This document shows positions 9,418 through 17,672 of a stretch of 64,000 bases of DNA, one piece after another (the first letter of the stretch is position 1; every line of letters begins with the position of its first letter). The notes under the pieces were generated by a model. The model worked only from the letters and a program-made list of their open reading frames with translations, made no database searches and was not told the origin of the DNA. The DNA comes from an uncultured Methanosarcinales archaeon (GTDB lineage Archaea; Nanobdellota; Nanobdellia; Woesearchaeales; DSVV01). Made by a program: the position numbers and the translations under genes. The stretch is from positions 2,801 to 66,800 of the forward strand of contig CAYLMH010000005.1 of the NCBI GenBank assembly GCA_964385055.1, in the 5' to 3' direction.

Positions 9418-10344
9418 ATGGCAACAGAGCACCCTTACCTACAGAGGCTCGTTGAAGAGACAGCAGAACGAAAACTAACCCTTGTCAGTCAAGGAGGAGG
9501 GATTGGCGGAGGAGCGTATGTTGTTGGTGCGATGAAAGCGTTAAAAGCGCTTGGAGTTCTACAATACATTCAGAGAACAACCACTTCTTCTGCAGGAACA
9601 CCTGCTGTGATTTATCCGCTTATTGGAAAAGACAGATTAGCAGAACACATTTGGGTTGAAGAAGTAACAAGACCAGAAGTTGTAGACTTAAGAAGAGCAG
9701 TAACAAACAGACCAATTCTTGATATTGATTATCTTGTGGATGAAATTCTTGCAAAACATCCTTTTGAACCAAGTACATTCCATCAGCATCCTGTTGAGAT
9801 GCAGATGAGCGCAACAAGAATTGACAGAGAAAGGCAAACATTAGAACATCACATGTTCAGCAATAGGGATCCATACGATCCATTACGCATCATTAAAGCA
9901 ACAATCGCAATACCCATTGTCTATGGTCGCACAGTAATCATAGAAGGTGCAGGAGAATTTATTGATGGAGGAATTTTACGGCAAGTCTCATTCGAAGGAG
10001 ATATTCAGATTATTACAGAACCAAGAGATAAAACAGCAACAACTGGAGGGTATGGAGAAAGGCTCCTCGTAAAAAGATATGCAACAAGTGACCCTATTGA
10101 CGCAAAAATTCATGAAGCAGCGAGAGCAAGACATGGCTTATACATGGCCGAATACTTGAAAATTCTCGAAGAAATGCCTAGATCTCCTCATAAAGTGCTT
10201 ATCCAACCAGAAAAGCATGTTCCTGCAGCGCTCATTGAACGAGATTCAAGAAAAGTGGAAGCAACGATTAAGTTAGGATACGACGACACAATGAAGCGAG
10301 AAAGAGCATTGTACGATCTTCTTGAAGCGAGACTGGCTGCGTAA
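9418..10344 (+). CDS. Patatin-like phospholipase
   Basis: Oxyanion Gly-rich loop SQGGGIGGGAY, nucleophile elbow TSSAG (GxSxG variant) and catalytic Asp motif IDGG. Confidence 0.65.
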   Translation: MATEHPYLQRLVEETAERKLTLVSQGGGIGGGAYVVGAMKALKALGVLQYIQRTTTSSAGTPAVIYPLIGKDRLAEHIWVEEVTRPEVVDLRRAVTNRPILDIDYLVDEILAKHPFEPSTFHQHPVEMQMSATRIDRERQTLEHHMFSNRDPYDPLRIIKATIAIPIVYGRTVIIEGAGEFIDGGILRQVSFEGDIQIITEPRDKTATTGGYGERLLVKRYATSDPIDAKIHEAARARHGLYMAEYLKILEEMPRSPHKVLIQPEKHVPAALIERDSRKVEATIKLGYDDTMKRERALYDLLEARLAA

Positions 10345-10717
10345 AAGATTTGTGTTTAAAGACTAAATAAACTGAAAGAAGTCAATAAGGCTATCGCAAG
10401 AAGCGACAAACCCGTGCAACACCCTTCTTGCGAAGGGCATTGCTCGGGAAAAGAGGTGATTAGAAAGTAGTCTCAATTTCCCCAACTAATTACTAGTAAG
10501 TAGGAGTAAGTTATATTTAAAGGTTTTGGTCAAGTACTACTGAAGAGTGGAGTAGATAATAATCTCAAAAAAACACAAACAAACGCCCAACTAAACCTTA
10601 AAAATCACTGAGCAAAAGTCCTCATCAGAATTATCATTTTATTATTGAGTAATGTAAAATATTGAAGAAAACAAGAAGAAAGATAGAGAGAAAAAATAAG
10701 AAGAATAAAAAAAGCGA

Positions 10718-11452
10718 TTACTTCTTCGCTGCGCCGCCTGCTGCAGGAGCTGCTTTTTCAGGTGGAACAAGCTGATCGATAATAAGCTGTGGAATCTTCG
10801 CTTCGGAAAGCTTGTTTCTCTTCTGTGAGTTTGTTGCAGCTTCGCCAAGCTCTTTGAGCATACCCTTTGCGAGTGATTCGAATTCTGCGCGTCTCTTGGT
10901 AATTTCTTCCTGCATACGTTTTTTCTCAACTTCAAGTTCTTTGAGTTCTTCTGCAGAAATTTCAGTTTTTTCAGTCGCAATTTCTTGCGCGAATGCACCA
11001 TTGTCAATTGCAACAATAATTTCATGTGCTGGTTTTCCTTCAACAAGGACACCCATGGATTGGCATGTTCCAATGATTTCTTTCACTCGTTCTTTTGTTG
11101 TTTTTCCGAGGAGAGAATCTTGTTTCATTTTGGAAACTTTGATTGCCTGTTCGATTTTGATGTCTGCAACTTTTTCTGCTAATGGGTTAGAAGATCCTTT
11201 TTCAAGACCTGCTTCTTGTTTGATAAGCGCAGATGCTGGTGGCGTTCCAACAGAAACAGTAAATTCTTTTGTGTCTGTATCGACAGTTACTTTGACTGGA
11301 ACTTGCATTCCTTTGAAGCTAGAAGTTTTCTTGTTGATTTCAACAATAACTTGACCGATGTTTACGCCAAGTGGACCAAGTGCTGGACCGAGTGGAGGTG
11401 CTGCTGTTGCCTTTCCTCCTGGAACCAATGCATCAACTGTTTGTTTTGCCAT
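10718..11452 (-). CDS. rpl11: Ribosomal protein uL11 with about 85-aa C-terminal extension
   Basis: N-terminal GGKATAAPPLGPALGPLGVNIGQV is canonical uL11. Total length is 244 aa. Confidence 0.9.
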   Translation of the reverse strand: MAKQTVDALVPGGKATAAPPLGPALGPLGVNIGQVIVEINKKTSSFKGMQVPVKVTVDTDTKEFTVSVGTPPASALIKQEAGLEKGSSNPLAEKVADIKIEQAIKVSKMKQDSLLGKTTKERVKEIIGTCQSMGVLVEGKPAHEIIVAIDNGAFAQEIATEKTEISAEELKELEVEKKRMQEEITKRRAEFESLAKGMLKELGEAATNSQKRNKLSEAKIPQLIIDQLVPPEKAAPAAGGAAKK

Positions 11453-11679
11453 AATGATCGCCTATTTGATAATTGTATAATTCTGAATTTTCCAGTGATA
11501 TATAAAGGTTGTTGTTTAAGATAGAAAACGAGAGTAAGAAAGAGGCAGTAAACTTTAAAAGTACACCACTATTTGATAGTAAAATGGTTGAAAATGTTGT
11601 ACGATGATGGGCAAAAGAGCACCAATATGATGAAGATGCTATAAAATGTTATGGTCGTGGAGAACCGCGTCTTGTTGTT

Positions 11680-12549
11680 GTGGGAGAAAGGCACAATATT
11701 CAAGCGCTAAAAGAGCAGCAAATAGATCTCTGCGCTCGCTTGGGTTCAGATACTGTTGCGCACGAAATGCTTGCAAATGATGTGTATTATCCAGAGATAA
11801 GAATTCTTCGAAGAAACAGTGCATATCCAGTCCACCATGCTTCTGAACAATATCTTTCTCAATTTCTGGAAGAGCGTAAGAAGCTAAGAGAAAGAACGTC
11901 CCCTGAAGAATATGAAAAACTAATGGAAATGAGTTATGATGGACATACGCAGTTTCCTGATTGGAGAAGAAAAAATAATGTAGGCGTTCTTTTGAATCCA
12001 TTTGAAGAGCACGAGCTTTCTAGTATTTTTGGGGTGCTTGCGACGCACTCAGGGTACAATCTTTCAAGATTTCCAAAATGCGTCAAAAAAATTGTAGGCT
12101 GCTATATTGATTATGCAGAGAAAAAATACCTTATTGATTTTTATATAAAGCATGGATTAGTGAAACTCACTTTTCGCTCAAATTACTTGGCATATCTTCA
12201 TCCATACCACCACAGAAGAGAAGCACGAGCAGCGCAAGTTATTGCTGACAACGTACGTGGAACAAGAAAGCCATTAGTTGCAGTGCTTGGTGCATATCAC
12301 ATTCGTGAAGATAGAGAAGAAGAGAAAGGTCGGATTTACACGGAATGGCCAGGCGAAGATTCTTGGATTCACAAATCATTCGCTGAGATGAGAATCCCAT
12401 ACATTGTCGTTGATCAACAAAAATCAAAAACGAGTCGAGATGTTGATGAAGAGTGGAACAAGGCACAAAGAAAGAGGTATGAAGAAGACAAAGAACGCAT
12501 CAGAAAAGCAGCAGAACGATTAAAACAAGAAAAAGAACAACCGATATAA
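11680..12549 (+). CDS. Hypothetical protein, possibly TraB/Tiki/ChaN-like
   Basis: VVVGERHN ... PLVAVLGAYHI resembles the GxxH ... GxxH pattern of that superfamily (weak). The first canonical start is GTG at 11680, but the open frame begins at 11608. Confidence 0.4.
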   Translation: MGERHNIQALKEQQIDLCARLGSDTVAHEMLANDVYYPEIRILRRNSAYPVHHASEQYLSQFLEERKKLRERTSPEEYEKLMEMSYDGHTQFPDWRRKNNVGVLLNPFEEHELSSIFGVLATHSGYNLSRFPKCVKKIVGCYIDYAEKKYLIDFYIKHGLVKLTFRSNYLAYLHPYHHRREARAAQVIADNVRGTRKPLVAVLGAYHIREDREEEKGRIYTEWPGEDSWIHKSFAEMRIPYIVVDQQKSKTSRDVDEEWNKAQRKRYEEDKERIRKAAERLKQEKEQPI

Positions 12550-12554
12550 TATTT

Positions 12555-14240
12555 CTACATCTCTTCAGGCGCTTCAACACCAAGCAACCGTAACCCATTC
12601 TGAAGCACAATTTTCACAGAAGCAAGTAAATACAAACGAGCAAGCTTCACATCCTCTTCTGCTTTCAAGACAGGAACATCATGGTAATAACTATTGAATT
12701 CCTGACAAAGATCTAATAAATAACGACAGATATACGACGGTTTGTAGTGAGAAGCTGCATCCATAATAATTGCAGGAAATTTCTCAAGTATGCTCGCAAG
12801 CGCAAGCTCACGCTCTCCAAAATGAGAAAGAGAAATATCTAACGCAAGCCCCCCATGCTTTCGCAAGATGCTCGAAATACGCGCATGCGTATATTGGACA
12901 TATGGTCCTGTTTCACCTTCAAAACTCAGACTTTCTTTAGGATTATAGACCATATCTTTTGCAGCGTCAATTTTCAACATGTGAAATTTCAGCGCAGCAA
13001 TCCCAACTTGCCGGCTTCTGTGCTGTAAAATAACTGGTTCAAGATCAGGGTGACGTTTTTGAATTTCTTCTTGAGCAAGGGTTGTTAATTCAGCGATGAG
13101 TGTATCTGCGTCAACAACAGTTCCTTCACGGCTTTTCATCTTTCCTTCTGGAAGATTAACCATCCCATAACTAAGATGATAGCAGCCGTCTGCTGATTTA
13201 TGTCCGAGCTTTTTCAGGATAGCAAACAATTGCTGAAAATGCAAATTCTGCTCAGAACCAACAACATAGATCGATCTATTCAATTTATAATCTTCAAATT
13301 TTTTCAATGCAAGATAAAGATCCTGCGTGATGTAAATCGTTGTACCATCAGAACGAACAAGGACTTTGTCAGGCAAACCAAATTCCTGAAGTGAAGCAAC
13401 AATCGCTCCGTCTTTGTCAAAGAATATTTCCTTCTTAAGTCCCTCTTGCGCAATTTCTTTACCAAAAAGATAAATCTCACTTTCATAATAATATTTGTCA
13501 AAAGAAACACCGAGCTTCGCGTACGTTTGTTCAAAACCCGCATATACCCAGCTATTCATTTTTTTCCAGAGTGCAACAATTTCTTTATCTCCTTTTTCCC
13601 AGAGACGAAGCATCTCCTGCGCTTCTTGTTCAAGTTCAGGATGTTCAGCAGATTTTTTCGCGAAGAGAACATAGAAATCACCGACAAAGAAATCTGATTT
13701 TTTATCAGGATTTTTGTTGTGTCCCCATTTTTTGTAGGCAAGCATGGATTTGCAGATGTGAATCCCACGATCATTCACAAGACATCCTTTGATCACATCG
13801 TTACCAAGGAAAGAAAGAATACGAGAGATACTGTCTCCAAGAGAGATGTTACGAACATGCCCGAGATGAAGCGGTTTGTTGGTGTTTGGACTGGAAAACT
13901 CCACCATAATCTTTTCACCAGACATTTGCTGTCCATATTTTTCTTTTTGCTGCTGAATTTTGTGGAGAACGCTTGTCGAAAGATTTTTTTTATTGAGGTA
14001 AAAATTCACATACGGGCCGTTAGGCATGACTTTATCGAGAAGAGAAGAATCCATTCCGCTCAGTTTTGCGGCAAGGTCATGCGCGATAAGCTGCGGGCTT
14101 TTCTTATGAATCTTAGACAAGGCAAAACAAGGAAATGCAAAATCACCTAATGCGGAGTTTGGAGGAGTCTCCAGTTTTATATCAATATTTTCAGGAACAT
14201 GCTTTTTGAGAAGCACAATAATTGCGTCGGAATAGTTCAT
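12555..14240 (-). CDS. argS: Arginyl-tRNA synthetase
   Basis: Class I HIGH-type motif SPNTNKPLHLGHVRN, ArgRS-like layout and a C-terminal anticodon-binding region ending in M. TATA TTTTATATA lies about 27 nt upstream of the ATG. Confidence 0.9.
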   Translation of the reverse strand: MNYSDAIIVLLKKHVPENIDIKLETPPNSALGDFAFPCFALSKIHKKSPQLIAHDLAAKLSGMDSSLLDKVMPNGPYVNFYLNKKNLSTSVLHKIQQQKEKYGQQMSGEKIMVEFSSPNTNKPLHLGHVRNISLGDSISRILSFLGNDVIKGCLVNDRGIHICKSMLAYKKWGHNKNPDKKSDFFVGDFYVLFAKKSAEHPELEQEAQEMLRLWEKGDKEIVALWKKMNSWVYAGFEQTYAKLGVSFDKYYYESEIYLFGKEIAQEGLKKEIFFDKDGAIVASLQEFGLPDKVLVRSDGTTIYITQDLYLALKKFEDYKLNRSIYVVGSEQNLHFQQLFAILKKLGHKSADGCYHLSYGMVNLPEGKMKSREGTVVDADTLIAELTTLAQEEIQKRHPDLEPVILQHRSRQVGIAALKFHMLKIDAAKDMVYNPKESLSFEGETGPYVQYTHARISSILRKHGGLALDISLSHFGERELALASILEKFPAIIMDAASHYKPSYICRYLLDLCQEFNSYYHDVPVLKAEEDVKLARLYLLASVKIVLQNGLRLLGVEAPEEM

Positions 14241-14324
14241 CAATATTGTGGAGAGAAGGTGGTATATAAAAGTTTCATCGGAGTAATAAGGATCTGAACA
14301 ATTTTAGAAACGCAAAAAAAATAA

Positions 14325-14611
14325 CACAGACGCACCGCTCGTAGGGCATCCCAATCGCAGCAAGCTGCGGAGTATTGCCCACTCGCAATTCGGTGCGTCT
14401 GTGGAATTGTGAAATTGGGTCACAGCAAGCTGTGGGGTATTATTTCGAGCTATGCTCGTAATACTATGGACCTTTGGTCCAAAGTAAACCCAAATTTCAC
14501 AATAACAACAACGATGGCGGCCTACGGCCAAAACACTGGCTTCGCAACAGTATTTTGTCCTACGGGGCACTCCGAAGGAGCCAAACCACGCCCCGTTGGC
14601 GCCACGTTGTT
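14325..14611. ncRNA. Candidate structured ncRNA, unassigned (three consecutive closed helical domains)
   Basis: GC-rich island in AT-rich DNA. Closing stems are 14325-14337/14391-14403 (13 bp perfect), 14406-14420/14488-14503 and 14504-14518/14598-14611. Inner hairpins are nested. An A-run and a T-run flank it. Confidence 0.45.
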
Positions 14612-14640
14612 ATTTTTTATTATCACTGTTTTATTACCCC

Positions 14641-14705
14641 ATACACGCACGAGCAAAAGCCTTAATGTCAGGGGGACCCATTGCACTTGAGTGCAATGGG
14701 GTTAT
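14641..14705 (+). repeat. Intergenic hairpin module, copy 2
   Basis: ATACACGCAC, 16 nt, TGTCAGGGGGACCC, stem CCCATTGCAC/GTGCAATGGG with loop TTGA, then GGGGTTATTATG. Confidence 0.75.
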
Positions 14706-14785
14706 TATGAAAATTCAATGCATGAAATGTTTCTTTGAAAAACATAAGAATGAAGCAAACTAATGAAAGAATAAACAACTAAAAA

Positions 14786-15496
14786 CTAACCAACATAATT
14801 CATCTGTTTTTCTTTTGCTTCTTCTGTGACGACTTTACTCTTTTCCATAAGTTCCTGCAGCTTTTTCTCAAACCTTTCTGCTGTTTGGACTAGTGGTTTT
14901 GGATCTACTTTTAGCCCTAGATATTTATCAAGCACTTCAATTATTTTTGCCGCTGCTTTGCTATCTGGCAATTTTGAATGCGTATCCGCAAACAACGCGA
15001 CTGTATCTGTTTTTGTTTTGAGGAGCAATGCAGATGTTACGCCGACGATAATTCCTTCCTTTAATGCGTTGACTCCGAGTTTTTTGAAACTCTCGAGCTT
15101 TTTTTGATTAAGTGTATACACATATGCCTGAGATTCTGGCGCTTCAGCAGGGGCACCAACACCTTCAATAGTTATAATCTCTTTTGCGCTGAGCTGCTTT
15201 GCAACTTCATCAATGTACTCTGCGATTGCCCACTCAACACCCATGGTTCCTGTAATCGCGTGAATGATGAGAAGATTATATTCTTGATTGTAATAAAGCC
15301 CGACTGGCGGAACAAGCTCATTATCGTGAACAACAACAGTTGCAGGCATTTCTTCTATCCAGAATGTACCGATAAGCTCGCATTTCAAATGTTGAAGAAG
15401 ATATTCTGTGGTAATTGTTCCGACGAGACCAAATCCCGGGAAGCCTTCGATGATCGTCACATTCTTTGGTTTTTTTGTGAGTTGAATTTGCTGCAT
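14786..15496 (-). CDS. PAC2 (proteasome assembly chaperone) family protein
   Basis: N-terminus IIEGFPGFGLVGTITTEYL is typical of the archaeal PAC2 family. Confidence 0.55.
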   Translation of the reverse strand: MQQIQLTKKPKNVTIIEGFPGFGLVGTITTEYLLQHLKCELIGTFWIEEMPATVVVHDNELVPPVGLYYNQEYNLLIIHAITGTMGVEWAIAEYIDEVAKQLSAKEIITIEGVGAPAEAPESQAYVYTLNQKKLESFKKLGVNALKEGIIVGVTSALLLKTKTDTVALFADTHSKLPDSKAAAKIIEVLDKYLGLKVDPKPLVQTAERFEKKLQELMEKSKVVTEEAKEKQMNYVG

Positions 15497-15547
15497 ACTC
15501 TATTTTTGTGGAAAGGGGTATTTATAGATGTCGGTTTTTTTTTGAAT

Positions 15548-16144
15548 TCATTTGTGGATTCTGTTCCCGCCATACCATGTTAAAAATACATTTCTGAAAT
15601 CACCAGTATATCGTGCTCTTCTTGTTCTATCATCTATCTCCTCTTTGATTTGATGAATATTCACCCACCCTGTTGCTCTCTCGACTACTTCTTCAGGATT
15701 ATATCTAAATGGTCCTTCATATACGGCAGTTAATATTTTTGCAAGTTCATTGTTTCTTCCTCTGTCAGAATTATTTTTAATTGTCGTCCCATTTTGACTC
15801 AAGGTGAAATTTGGAGGACACTCGTCAAGTCCATAAAATATTTCTTCTTTTGCTTCACGATAGCCTGCTTCCCAATAATCTTCTCCATGACGAACATGTC
15901 CTGCAACAGAAGAGTGAAAGCAGAGACCTCCTAATTTTTTTTTTCTGCTTCGCATTGGAAGCAAAAGATCTTGAAGTGTATCATCCCTAAACACTAAAAT
16001 GTGCACAACTCTATGCCTATATCCATACAAATGCGCATTGTCGTATGATGCAATCCCTCGTACCCTATCGTCAAGTGTGACCACATCGAGATATTCAATT
16101 CCCGGTTGGAGGTTTCCTGCTCCGACAAAGCCTTTTGTACCCAT
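15548..16144 (-). CDS. NUDIX hydrolase
   Basis: Nudix box GHVRHGEDYWEAGYREAKEEIFYG (Gx5Ex7REUxEExGU pattern). Confidence 0.7.
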   Translation of the reverse strand: MGTKGFVGAGNLQPGIEYLDVVTLDDRVRGIASYDNAHLYGYRHRVVHILVFRDDTLQDLLLPMRSRKKKLGGLCFHSSVAGHVRHGEDYWEAGYREAKEEIFYGLDECPPNFTLSQNGTTIKNNSDRGRNNELAKILTAVYEGPFRYNPEEVVERATGWVNIHQIKEEIDDRTRRARYTGDFRNVFLTWYGGNRIHK

Positions 16145-16386
16145 AGATTAAGAACCGTTCTTCTCCTTTTTAATACTTCTATATAGACTATAAAGAGATT
16201 TTTGTTCTTCTTCCAAAAGGTCATAATCTTTATAAATAAAACCCTATTTCTCTGTATCGGTAGCTTTCACTATCCTTTAGATGTAAATTATCACATTTTG
16301 AAAATTCATTTGCATACATTAAAAAAGGGGGAATAAACAACAGTGGTGACAATGTCAGTCAATAGAGCGATTGCATGTAACATATC

Positions 16387-17655
16387 ATGGTAGTACTCAC
16401 ATCAGAGCAACTTGAAGAAAGATTTAATACAGAGCGACCCCTTCGTCTTGCAGACCCAATAGATAATTTTGTTCTCTTTGTTGTTGGTGCACATGCTGCT
16501 GGAAAGGATACTATTCTTGGACGAATGCAAGAATTAAGACGAGAAGAGGGTGATGTTCTTCAATATGGTGCATATAGAAAATTAGAATATTGGACCGATC
16601 GTGAACTTCGTGAAGGAGAAGGGATAGTCAGAGAACCTGGTGCAATTCATAAATCCCCTGATGAGTTCCTTGGACACTCCGGAAAATTTCTCGCATGGTA
16701 TCGAAGTAGTAATGGAAGCTTTTACGCGTTTCCTTCTGAGCTTTTTCCTCGAGACAAAGACCCTACAATCGCAATGGTGCACGTTGCGACAGACTTAGGA
16801 TTACAAGTTTGGCAAGAAAATCAAACACTTCCTCATCATATTACTGCATTCATTAATGTTCCTGGAAAAGACGATAGGAAAGCACGGGTACGGTCGCGTT
16901 TGATTGATTCCGAAGGGAATCCTCCTTCTGAAGCAACTCTTGAAGCAAGTCTTGCGGAAATGTCACGTATTAATGCTTTCTTTGTTGGGCATCCTGACCT
17001 TTATGATGTGATGTATAATAACTGTAATCCAAGTGATCGGGGTATAAGAAAAGCAATTTATGGAAATCCACAGGAAAGTGTCCAGAAAGACATTGCTCTT
17101 CGAATTAACGCACTTTGCCATCTTCATCGTGACGCGAGTTTGAGAAGGTCAGGAAATGGTATTTCAATTGCATCGCTTTGTGATCAGTATACTCGAAGAA
17201 TTTCTTCTGATCTCTTTGGTTGTGAGTTGGAAGCACTTAAGACTGATGTTCCTCTAGAGGGTCAAGTTCAGCGTGCTGTTAAAGCCTACGCAGACCAAGC
17301 GCATTTGGATTCTAATAAACTCTATCCCATGCTTGAGCCAGTTACTATTCGCAGTATTGATTTACACCCCCGAGGTTCGGAAAAAGCAGGAGTAGTTGTT
17401 GTTAATCTTACTCCTCAGCATCATATTCCTACTTCTGTTGCTCAATTACTTGTAAGGACTCCGGAGTCTCCTGATTATCATGTTCTTCGCATCCTTGGTC
17501 AACGAATTTACGGAGAAACAAAAACACGACCAGACTATCTTGTTAATAAAAATGGGAATCTTGTAGGGATTTCTTGCTCTCTTAGCGATATGCGACCAAG
17601 AGATCAACAATCAGGACAATATCATCGCTTAGAAATTCGTTTGGGTTATAACTAA
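16387..17655 (+). CDS. Guanylate-kinase-like P-loop domain fused to an uncharacterised 230-aa C-terminal domain
   Basis: Walker A GAHAAGKDT. WTDRELREGEG and FLAWYRSSNGSFYAF resemble GMP-kinase TTRxPRxGE and FLEW..YGT. Confidence 0.5.
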   Translation: MVVLTSEQLEERFNTERPLRLADPIDNFVLFVVGAHAAGKDTILGRMQELRREEGDVLQYGAYRKLEYWTDRELREGEGIVREPGAIHKSPDEFLGHSGKFLAWYRSSNGSFYAFPSELFPRDKDPTIAMVHVATDLGLQVWQENQTLPHHITAFINVPGKDDRKARVRSRLIDSEGNPPSEATLEASLAEMSRINAFFVGHPDLYDVMYNNCNPSDRGIRKAIYGNPQESVQKDIALRINALCHLHRDASLRRSGNGISIASLCDQYTRRISSDLFGCELEALKTDVPLEGQVQRAVKAYADQAHLDSNKLYPMLEPVTIRSIDLHPRGSEKAGVVVVNLTPQHHIPTSVAQLLVRTPESPDYHVLRILGQRIYGETKTRPDYLVNKNGNLVGISCSLSDMRPRDQQSGQYHRLEIRLGYN

Positions 17656-17672
17656 TAAAAAAGTTCTATTCT

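Noticed and set aside
10642-11354. 143-aa and 180-aa ORFs overlapping rpl11
   Set aside because: These are alternative or antisense frames of a highly conserved ribosomal protein gene.
14304-14690. Three overlapping small ORFs (88, 93 and 63 aa)
   Set aside because: They lie in the GC-rich, self-complementary island. The open frames are a by-product of GC richness, and no plausible start context or protein-like sequence is present.
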